Of a stretch of 64,000 nucleotides of DNA, positions 46,014 to 56,833 are shown piece after piece. How positions within the stretch are numbered: the stretch's first letter is position 1; each line of letters opens with the position of its first letter. The notes beneath the pieces were generated by a model that searched no databases, was not told where the DNA came from, and was given only the letters and a program-made list of their open reading frames with translations. This stretch comes from Massalongia carnosa (lineage: Eukaryota): the NCBI GenBank assembly GCA_965645245.1, contig OZ287071.1, forward strand, positions 2,728,001 through 2,792,000. Direction: 5' to 3'. A program made the position numbers and the translations under genes.

Positions 46014-47601
46014 GGCTGTCTGCTGCACAAGAACTAGCCCTGAAGGAGTATATTGAATTTCTTGATGATATTGAATTATCAATGAGATTGCCATTAATTC
46101 GCGGTGCAGCTAATTATTTGTTGCAATTGCAACATCCTTCCTCGTCTTCATCTTCTCTCACCCGCGTAGGAAAATGCTGGACCGGACGATTCTTGAAAAG
46201 AAATCCCCAATTTTTCATGCAAAAAGGCAAGCCATTAGCAGCCGAAAGGAAAAACGCTCACAATGTTACGGATATTCAAACTTATTTCTCTTCATTTCAA
46301 TCGACTGTAGCCCTTCTTGGTATAACTCCAGATGATATATGGAATATGGATGAGACAGGCTTTCGAGTTGGCTGTGGGGTAACCCATTTGGTGGTGACAC
46401 TATCATCACATAAACGAATTATGATCGCTGATCCAGACAATCGAGACTATATAACTTCGGTCGAATGCATCAATGGAGTTGGCGGAAGCGTCCCATCCTT
46501 TTTGATTTTGAAAGGGGTCAACATACTTCACAAATGGGCCTTAGAGAATAATTTGAAAGATGATATCGTGTTGACTACAAGCGATAGCGGCTATTCGAAT
46601 GATTGTCTAACATTAAAGTGGCTAAAGCATTTTAATGCTCATTCAAAAAAGGTTCAAAAAGGAGCGTTTAGGCTTCTTTTGTTGGATGGATATGGATCTC
46701 ATCTAACGTATGAATTTTGGGAATATTCGAAAGAAAATAAGATCTGTTTATTCAGATTACCCCTCCATTCAACCCATTTGACGCAGCCATTAGACGTTGG
46801 TGTTTTTCAGCCAATGAAACATTATCATGCTGAAGCGGTTGACAACGCCATTCGGTTGGGTGACGTTGACTTCAATCGTCTGGATTTTCTGGCCGCATTC
46901 AATCAATTTCGTACAAAGGCATTCAAATCATCTACTATCAAATCAGCCTGGGAAAAAACTGGGTTGATACCTTACAATCCGGAGGTAGTCTTGACCAAAA
47001 TTCGTGCTTTAAATCAGGCATTACCACCACTACCAATATCATCTTCGGAGACAATAATCCTACCTCATACCCCCAAAAAGCCCAAAGCCGTTGCTAAGGA
47101 AGGGGAAAACATTATTCTGTGAATGAATAATAATGAAGAAATTACTCCAGAAAGAATGCGACGTTTTATCAAAGGGTCGGTTGCAAACGCTAATTTACTA
47201 GAATTGACGCAACGCGACTTGCAAGCCACACACACAGCTGCATTAGCTAAAAGGGCCCGAAAAAAGCTTGTTGGCACCGTTGTTCAGAAGGGAGGAATCG
47301 TTACCGTTCGAGATGTGAGGCAAAATCACCTACATCGTACCCAAGAAGAGGTGGAAAGGGAGGAGGGTCGTCAAAAGCGTGCTGAGACGGCTAGACAAAA
47401 AGAAAATATTTCTCTATGGAAAAGCGATAGCTAAACGGTTTGGCTTGGTTGGTAAAAAGGCCGAAAGCTGGATAGATGAACGTCAGCCTTTGATTTTGAA
47501 TAGCTTCATTTTGAAAGGGTCAATCAATGGATATAATGTAAATAGTTGAGAAATGCGTCATGGAGATGATAGCGTCATGGAGGTGAGCCGCACCTGGAGC
47601 G
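46014..47601 (+). mobile_element. Fot1/pogo transposon lacking its 5' end
   Basis: Begins abruptly at the LTR edge with LSAAQELALKEYI; WNMDETGF, SGYSND, LLDGYGSH, THLTQPLDVGVF; internal stop at 47120; right end near 47601 followed by TA. Confidence 0.88.
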
Positions 47602-47644
47602 TAGCTCCGGGTGCGGTCCATCGGATTTACCTCGGTCGCACGGT

Positions 47645-47690
47645 TAGTGTCTCCATAGGAGAACTACCATAGTAGCCTTTTGGCTCAGTG
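47645..47690. repeat. 46-bp dispersed repeat, copy 2
   Basis: Matches 25662..25707 with 2 mismatches. Confidence 0.85.
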
Positions 47691-48020
47691 GCTTAGGTGA
47701 CTTATTACCACCCCTGTTACACCTTTCAGCAAATATTCGGACAGCGATTCTTCAAAACCTCGATGTTAAACCTCAGCAAGCCGTTCTAAATAAAGAAAAC
47801 ATCACTGTTTCTGGCATGCCTTGAAATAAACGTTCAACACGTTCGATTATTGAACATGTTCGGCCTGCTAGGTCAGAAACTTCTACGTGGGGCAGGCTAT
47901 CAACACCTCCTCGGAAGTGGCCAATATCTGATCATCGCCAACGCTGAAGCCCACCTCGGTGGCCGTTTGAATGATCAACGTCTCTACTGATCATTCACCA
48001 CTTCGAAGGCATACAAAGCC

Positions 48021-48279
48021 CATTGATTCGGAATGGCCACACCCCTCAGGCGGAAGCCTTTCACCTCATCGAAAAAGCCCATTTAGCCGAAATGGCCACA
48101 CCCCCCAGCCGGAAGCCTTTCACCTCATCGAAAAAGTCCATTCAATCGGAATGGCCATACTCCCCAGGCGGAAGCCTTTCACCTCATCGGAAAAGCCCAT
48201 TCAGCCGGAATGGCCACACCCCCCAGGCGGAAGCCTCTCACCTCATCGAAAAAGCCTATTCATTCGGAATGGCCACATT
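48021..48279. repeat. 59-bp tandem minisatellite, ~4.4 copies
   Basis: Units catt..ggaatggccacacccc..gcggaagcctttcacctcatcgaaaaagcc start at 48021, 48080, 48139, 48198 and 48257. Confidence 0.93.
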
Positions 48280-48591
48280 TTCACATCTTCATTTATACGA
48301 CACCACGATCTCTCCTCGATCATAGCCAGTCTATCATCTATTGAGTCAAAACGGTTAAAGAGAGAGAATGTTCGTCGAACGTGTGGAGATACACTGTCTA
48401 GTTCATCGAGTCTATAGGATTCCTAACGCTTGAAGATCTGAGTGTATGCACCGCGTGGTAGAAGAACGATCTCGTTGCGTCCAATATGGAATAAAAGGGA
48501 GCGGTTTTACTCTGGGGGCCAGGTTTCCACTTCCTGACTGTTGTTTATGTACATAAATAGCAGTCACAGCGTCATATCCTAAGGATGCATA

Positions 48592-51500
48592 TGTCACGGT
48601 ACTGCCTCGCTAGCACCCGAATCGAGTCACGGCGCTAAGGCTTGAATGATAAGCGAGGGCTAGGCTCAGCATGGTTAGCGAGATCAACGGAAAGATTATA
48701 TCTTTGCTTTCGCTGTTGAGATTTTCTTTCTTCCTTGTCGAACGTCTTGTAAATATTCGATAGCCTACATATAGCAAAGACTTCGTACCACCTGATCTTA
48801 TCTCATTGAGTCCTTCTCGTCACACTACGTTCGACCTACCCTATCAGCTGGTACGCCTTTGCCATGGCCGAAGCATCGCCCCCGTCCCCATACATCGTTC
48901 CAACTCCTCCCGTTTCCGTGGGTTCTGCGGAAAATTTGTTGTCCGCAGTTCAATCTAATCCCATAACCTGGTATGAGTATATGCAGCGCCTGGATCTATT
49001 CGCCCACGATGCCAGTACGCATCTGGATACCAATGATCGCGATTTAGCAGAGGCGAATCACGCGATCCTAGATTTGAACAACAGACTGGCTGGCAGTAAC
49101 GCGATAGCTGCCGAGCTTCGTGAACAAATACGATCCGCCCCCACCGCAGTCGCACATTCATCTCCGCGTTCAGAGAAACATCCTGATCCGCCTATGTACG
49201 GCGGAGACAGAGCCGAATTACGCACATGGACTACTCAGCTGCGTCTGAAACTCTTGATGAACGCAGATCGATACCCCACCATGCCAGGAAAATTAGCGTA
49301 CGCGATAAGTCGTCTCAAGGATACGGCCTTGTATCAGATACGTCCTTATATCAAGGATGACGACACTATCGATCTGCGCGATGTTAGCGAGCTGATTACC
49401 AAGCTGGAGCTGGCCTGCGGTGATCCGGACAGAAAGGCCACCGCACAGCGAGAACTTCGTCGCCTCCAGCAAGCAAACCGAGAATTCCATGTATATCTGG
49501 CCGAGTATCAGCGGTTGATCCCCGATACTGGATACAACGAAGAGGCGAAACGATCGATCCTGCTAGAAGGCATTAGTAATGAGCTAAAAAGCGCCATCCT
49601 GACGCTTGATCTTCCGACCGACCTAGACGAGGTCATTCAGATTCTCCAGAAGATCGACAACCGCTACCGCGCCACCCAGGCCTCCATCCGCAAAGCTGGG
49701 ACTGTCTTTAGCAACACATCACGATCTAGCTCTGCACCCACTATCGCCGCTGTCAGCAAACCCACACCCGCTCCCGCTCCCACCGTCACCACCACCACCA
49801 AAATCTCCGCACCCCCCTCCTCTGACGCCATGGATCTATCAGTATCTCGTCATCGAGGCCCTCTTACCCCCGCCGAGAAATCACGAAGAATGAACGAAGG
49901 ATTGTGCATGTATTGCGGGGGATCTGGACATTTTGCGCAATCCTGCCCGCTATCCTCGTCCAAAACACGCCCGCGATTCCAAGTCTCTGAAATGGAACAG
50001 AAGACTGTTGATTTGGGGGGAAAAGTACAGTCTCCGAACTAAGTCGCGTTCGGAGACCAACACGGAACAAGTGTATTTCAATATCAGCATTTTCCTTGTC
50101 CACCAAACCTTTGCCAGAAGAAGAATTAGATGGCAAACATTTGGTGATATCAATGATTGTATCCATAGGTAATCGTCAAATAAAGACCTATGCACTAGTT
50201 GACTGTGGAGCATCTGGTTTTGCTTTTATTGACTCTTCGTTCGCGCGCCGTCATTCCCTGCCCCTATCCCCCTTGAAGCAATCTCGTATCCTCGAATTAG
50301 CCGATGGACAACCCATCTCCTCTGGTGAAATCACTCACCTAGCCAAGTTACGTCTTCAAATCGCCACGCATTCCGAGCCCGCCAACCTTCTCGTCACCAA
50401 TTTGGGCCACTACCCCATCGTTCTAGGGATCAAGTGGCTATAGATACACGACACCAGCATACGATGGGCTGGAAACACTCTCTCGTTCACGTCACCATAC
50501 TGTCTTCAGCACTGCCTCGAGAATCATGAACCCAACACTGTCGTCGGAATAAGCAACGTTCCAGAACTTCGTGCAGAGAAGGAGCACCCCGCCGCAGTCA
50601 TGAAAGTCACTAGTCCGGAACAACGAACATCCGCTTCAGACCAGCCCGGCCGGTCTGAAGGAAAGGGCGCTAAATTGAAGAGGTCTAGCGCTCCCTCCTT
50701 CGACCAATCAGATCCAGACCCAAGACCCAAGACCCCGCCCGAGACCGAGAAACCTGAGACCGAGAAACCTGAGACCGAGAAACCTGAGACCGAGAAACCC
50801 GAGATCAAGAAACCCCTGAATATCTGCATGATAGGAGCCGCCCCTTTTGTCCGTCTTGCGCGGAAAAAGGACTGCGAACTATTTACCGTGAACCTTAGAG
50901 ACATTGAACGAGCCCTGACCCCGAAACCGGAAGTTGATCCCGCTACAATATTGCCGCCGGAGTATCACGAATTTCTTGATGTATTTTCCAAGAATGAAGC
51001 TGATAAACTGCCCGAATGCCGTAGCTATGACCACACTATTCAGCTGATGGAAGGGAAAGAACCCACGTATGGACCCTTGTATGGCATGAGCCGAGATGAA
51101 TTGCTGGTACTGCAGAAGTATCTTACCGAGAATTTGGAGAAAGGATTTATTCGTTCAAGTTCTTACCCCGCCGCGTCCCCAGTACTGTTTGGCAAAAAGC
51201 CGGGCGGAGGCCTGCGCTTTTGCGTTGATTATAGAGCATTGAACGCTATGACTATCAAAAACAGATATCCCCTGCCCCTGATCAGAGAAACTCTAGACCG
51301 CCTGAGTAAAGCATGCATTTTTACTAAGCTAGATATAGTCGCCGCATTCAAGCGCCTTCGTATGGCCTATGGAGAGGAGTGGAAAACCGCCTTTCGGACA
51401 AGATACGGTTTGTTTGAATATCTCGTTATGCCCTTCGGTCTCGCCAATGCACCCAGTTCGTTTCAGCATTATATCAATGATGTTTTACGAGAATATCTCG

Positions 51501-54227
51501 ATATATTCTGTACCGCTTATATCGACGATATATTAATCTACAGTAGTTCCATGAAAGAACATAAGGGTTATGTCACCAAAGTTTTGAAGGCTCTGCAAAA
51601 AGCGGGGTTACAACTGGATATTTCGAAATGCGAATTCCATGTAACGGAGACAATATATCTTGGATTTATTATTTCGGATAAAGGCATAAAAATGGACCCT
51701 AAGAAAATAGAGACCATAAAGAACTGGAATACCCCGGAGAACCTCAAGGATGTGCAGGCGTTTATAGGATTTGCGAATTTCTACAGACGGTTTGTGAAAT
51801 CCTTTTCAAAGATCGCTGCCCCCCTCACCGCTATGTCCAAAAAGATTACGCCATTCGTGTGGACCGAAGAGTGTGCAAAGGCCTTTAAAATCTTAAAGGA
51901 TGTGTTCTCCAGTGACACCATACTAATTCATTTCGACCCCGATAAGGAAAGCATAGTGGAAACAGATTCTTCCGACTATGTAAGCGCAGGAGTACTATCG
52001 CAGTATGAGGTAGAGGGTGTACTTAAACCAGTAGCCTTCTTTTCCAAAAGACTATCGCCATCGGAGTGTAATTATGAAATCTATGATAAAGAACTTCTGG
52101 CCATTATCAGAGCTTTTGAAGAATGGAGACCCGAATTGCAAGGAGCAGCACATCCAGTAAAGGTAATAACAGACCATAAGAATCTCGAGTACTTCACTAC
52201 CACCAAGCAACTCAGCAGGCGCCAGGCAAGATGGGCCGAATTTTTATCACGATTCGACTTTAAGATAGGTTACAGACCAGGGAAACAAGGAGAAAAACCA
52301 GATTCTTTGACTAGAAGATCAGGAGATCTTCCTAAAGAGGGGGACCTGAGACTGGAACATCAGAATCAGGTGGTACTAAAACCCCATAATTTCGAACTTC
52401 TGGCTAATAATCTGCTTCGCCTGACCGATATTACCAACGATGACGCTGATACGGATAATGATCTAGAAACCGAACATGAAGACTCCGAGAAATCTATCGA
52501 GGAATTGATGAATCAAGGATACGAGCTGGACCCATTCCCCAATAGCATTTTGACTCTTCTTCGAAACGGTGCTAGCCATAGCAAGGATATAACTCTGGCC
52601 GAATGCGAAGACCGAGATGGGAGACTATATTACCGCGAACGCCTATACGTACCCGATTTCCATGATTTGAGACTCAGACTATGCAAAGGAACACCACGAT
52701 AGCCCTGTCGCCGGTCATCCCGGTAGAGCCAAAACTTTAGGTTTGCTATCTCGAACTTATTATTGGCCCCAGTACCATCATTTCGTAGCACGATACGTAC
52801 AGAACTGTCACGTATGTTCTCGTAGCAAAGCTTCCCGTCATCCAAAGTACGGTGTGTTAAGACCTCTGCCCATTCCTCAGCAACGCTGGAGAGATATTTC
52901 CATGGACTTTGTAAGCGGCATACCCGAATCCGGTAGTGACAAGAAAGACGCAATCCTGGTTGTAATTGATCGACTCACCAAGATGAAGCATTACATACCG
53001 TGCAAAGAGACTACCAACGCTCACGATTTAGCCAAGTTGTATCTGCAGAATGTATGGAAATTACACGGCCTGCCCGAATCAATAGTCTCGGATCGCGGAG
53101 GGCAGTTCATCTCGGAATTCTGGAAGGCTCTATGTGAAAGACTAGGAATTAAGTCGGCCCTATCCACATCCTTTCACCCGGAGACAGATGGCCAAACGGA
53201 ACGATTCAATGCAGTCATGGAATCATATTTAAGAGGCTACGTAAATTACATGCAAGATGACTGGGAAGAATGGCTACCAATGGCAGAGTTCACTAGCAAC
53301 AATGTTGATTCCGAGACCACTACGAAAAGTCCTTTTTTAGCGAATTATGGCTTCCACCCCCGTCTAGGTTTCGAACCTCTCTCTTGCACCAACAACTCCC
53401 CAGAGCTCACCAATGCTGATGAATTTGCTACCAAGATGGAAGAGATTAATGCCCACCTTCAAAATGAAATGCGATTGGCTCAAGCTCGGTATGAATCCAC
53501 TGCTAATTATCATAGAACCCCCGCACCGTCGTTTCGCGTAGGAGACGAAGTCTGGTTGAATGCTAAGAACATCAAAACCAAGCGACCTTCTAAAAAGCTG
53601 GATTGGAAGAAGTTAGGAAGATTTACCATCAAGCGAGTAGTAAGTAAGTATGCTTACGAACTTGATCTCCCTACCTCTATGAAAATACACCCTGTATTCC
53701 ACGTTTCTCTGCTAGAGCCGGTTGCTCAGAACCCACACGATGGCCAAATTCCTCCACCTGCCCCGCCGGTTGAAGTTGAAGGTGAAGAAGAGTGGGAGGT
53801 GGAGAGTATTCTTGATTCGAGATTTTTCCGAAGACGACTGCAATATCTTGTTAAGTGGGCCGGCCATGACGCACCTAGTTGGAATGAAGAAAAGGACATC
53901 ACTCACTGCGAAGATTTATTACGAGAATATCACCAACTGAGGCCTACCAAACCTAGAGGTTCTCGCGGAGCTCGAACCTAAAGAGGAGACCTGATGTCAC
54001 GGTACTGCCTCGCTAGCACCCGAATCGAGTCACGGCGCTAAGGCTTGAATGATAAGCGAGGGCTAGGCTCAGCATGGTTAGCGAGATCAACGGAAAGATT
54101 ATATCTTTGCTTTCGCTGTTGAGATTTTCTTTCTTCCTTGTCGAACGTCTTGTAAATATCCGATAGCCTACATATAGCAAAGACTTCGTACCACCTGATC
54201 TTATCTTATTGAGTCCTTCTCGTCACA
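48592..54227 (+). mobile_element. Gypsy/chromovirus LTR retrotransposon 2, TSD GCATA
   Basis: 233-bp LTRs 48592..48824 and 53995..54227 (2 differences). gag 48864..50042 with CMYCGGSGHFAQSC. pol ALVDCGAS, YIDDIL, ISMDFV and chromodomain WEVESILDSR; one stop (50441) and frameshifts near 50090 and 52688. Confidence 0.96.
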
Positions 54228-54536
54228 GCATACGCTTAATGAGTAAATAAAAAATAAAAATAATTGAACATGTTCAGCATCAGCATGAGCTTGTTGACGG
54301 AAAGACTATTGAGAAAATCGTGCGAATTGTTCAGCCTATCAAGCCTCTTCTTACCAATAAGAACGAAAATCACAGAAAAAGGCTTTGTAAATAGGCCTCG
54401 GATCGAATTGAAGATGATGATATCATTATATATAGTGACGAGGCCTGACATGAAATTGGGGGCTGGCCCTCAGGGAAAAAACGCAAGATTTCTATTGTAA
54501 AACGTGCGGATCCTCATGAGCTTGCGGCTCCCGAGC

Positions 54537-54705
54537 TGTGACGAAGCGAGATAGTGAATAGATTTCTACATTGCGCCACCTGTCCTCCCGACCAAAAGGC
54601 ACAATACTTAGTCCGCAGACCAAGCTCTATTCTACTATAACTGGGACTCCTGCTATGTTCGCTGTAGGTGCTGCCGTCCGTACCAAGCATGGTCGAACCG
54701 TCACA
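54537..54705. mobile_element. Solo LTR A (169 bp), TSD CGAGC
   Basis: TGTGACG...CGTCACA termini flanked by cgagc; removal restores the Tc1 frame (LAAPEPPVQF). Confidence 0.88.
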
Positions 54706-55678
54706 CGAGCCTCCTGTTCAGTTCACCATCATGCAATGAGGATCAGTGACTAGTGAAGATGTGATAAGGCCTTATTATCTCTGGAAGGCAGAGACCAAAG
54801 AGGAAAAAGACCTGAATAAATTGAAATTGAAAGAAGCAAATGAGCTTTAAGTGAAAAAGATAAAAGATCAAAGAAAGAATGCAATCATTTCCGGAACATT
54901 CGAATATCGACTTCTTCAAGTAAGAAATTTTCGCAAATTGACTGAGAATTGCTACCAAATTCAGGACAAGAATTTCGCAGTTGAATTACATAATGAAAAT
55001 TTACGAATAGGTGAGATCAAGAAAACAAAGGTCGACAAATGAAATTTACTCCCGAAAGACTGTTCAAACATGAAAGCCTCGAACGTCGGGGTTGTCACGG
55101 TGCGAGGTTAGGTAGGAATTCAGGTGGTGCAAACGTGTTACTTGATTGTCTAGCTAGGTGGACAAGACGTTCGACAAGGAGTGTAATAGCGCGGCAATAC
55201 AGGACTGCGCTAGCTCCTGGGATGACTCACCCAAGAAGACCGGGTGACTGATAATCCGGATGCTTAGTCATGATAAGGCGGATAGCAATACTAAGCCATC
55301 AGCAATCAGCCTTACCAGTTTGTTAGGCAGCAACTGAAGCTATTCAGATAAGCCTCGACCTCATGGGAGGCCTGGGACGCCTAGGAGACCTCAGCTGAAG
55401 GCAACAAGGCAGACAGGTAACCAGACAAGTAGTTAGTAAATAGGACCCCAAGGGGTATATAGAAAGCTCGATTCCCATCTTCAGGGAATCAGCTCTTAGC
55501 TTTAGCACCTACCAATCTATTAGCAGTCACACTGAGCATTATAACCCATAAGGACTAGTGTCTACTGTCCCTCTTATAATTCTAAAAGCTCCATATCTTA
55601 GGATAGCTTGGTCCGACTGTTGATAGTTCAATCCTATCACACCTACCGTCCAAACAATTCAAACTATTTATCGTCAAC

Positions 55679-56833
55679 ATGAACACACGAGGACGAAGCG
55701 GCCAGAATTCGGCCAATCCCACGTCCAATCAGGGTGATGACCTACTGGACTACGATACGCTGGAACAAACACCACCAAACCAGCTAATCGACGAGATTAG
55801 AGCCATGCAGGCCCATTTGACCGAACAGACAGCAGCCATGCAGGCCCAGGCCACCTTGTTGACTCAGCAAAGTACCCGTCTCGCTGCCAATGAAAGGGAA
55901 TTAGAACGACTGCACGAGGAAAGAGAGTCTCGTCGTCCTCGCTCCATGGATCGATCTGTCAGGTATAACCTCAAAGCTAAGTCGCCCGACCCGTATTATG
56001 GCAAGGACCATAAGACCTTGTTCGAATTCACCAGACAATGCGAGGCTGTCTTTAACACTAGTGGCATGCCTGAAACGGAACAAGATCGTCGTATAGCCTA
56101 TGCAGGCAGCTACCTTCGAGACACCCCTAGCGACAATTGGCATGAGATACTATCACGAGGGGGTCATCTGAATCTTACCTGGAAGGAGTTCAAAAAGAAC
56201 CTCATGAATCAACTAGGCTCTACAGAAGTTTTCAAAGATCGATCCTGGATGCAGTACCATCATGCACAACAACGTCCCAATGATACTGTTCAATCCTTTG
56301 CGGCCTACTTACAACGCCTACGAACAATATTAGCCGATGCAGATCCGGAACATCCTATTACCGAAGAACAGATGGTCCAGAAGCTTCGTACGGGAGTCAT
56401 ACCAATAATTCGGAATTCCTTAGCACTAGGTCATCGACATCCCGCTACCATAGCGGAATTCATCAGTGATGCACAACTAGCTGAGGGAGCGGCTGTTTTG
56501 CCATCATCAACAGGTAGAGGCTACTCCAAGCGGGAGCAAGGTGCCCCGGCTTCTAACGATCAGGGCCGCCGAGAACCATATCCAACTAATCATCGCGGAG
56601 GTCGAGGCGGAAGAGGTCATCGAGGTAGTCACCACGGAAGAGGCAATAGAGGCGGAAGAGGCCGAGGCGGCAGGAATGCGGCTCCGGCTGGTACTAGCGC
56701 GCCGTCGACCAATAGCAATGCCATTCCGCTAGGCACTGTGACCGAGATACAAGACAATAACAAAAATAGCTGCTATAATTGTGGATCCCTCGAACATTGG
56801 GTAAAAGACTGTCCCCATCCAAAAAAAGCATAG
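55679..56833 (+). CDS. gag: Gypsy 3 Gag
   Basis: Retrotrans_gag-like YAGSYLRD..W, RGG-rich region, CYNCGSLEHWVKDC. Confidence 0.93.
   Translation: MNTRGRSGQNSANPTSNQGDDLLDYDTLEQTPPNQLIDEIRAMQAHLTEQTAAMQAQATLLTQQSTRLAANERELERLHEERESRRPRSMDRSVRYNLKAKSPDPYYGKDHKTLFEFTRQCEAVFNTSGMPETEQDRRIAYAGSYLRDTPSDNWHEILSRGGHLNLTWKEFKKNLMNQLGSTEVFKDRSWMQYHHAQQRPNDTVQSFAAYLQRLRTILADADPEHPITEEQMVQKLRTGVIPIIRNSLALGHRHPATIAEFISDAQLAEGAAVLPSSTGRGYSKREQGAPASNDQGRREPYPTNHRGGRGGRGHRGSHHGRGNRGGRGRGGRNAAPAGTSAPSTNSNAIPLGTVTEIQDNNKNSCYNCGSLEHWVKDCPHPKKA

Noticed and set aside
47971..48417. Repetitive ORFs over the 59-bp array
   Set aside because: The repeat period is not divisible by three, so the peptide repeats rotate between frames.
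50738..50815. (PETEK)n 15-bp repeat
   Set aside because: Ordinary in-frame expansion in the PR-RT linker of Gypsy 2.
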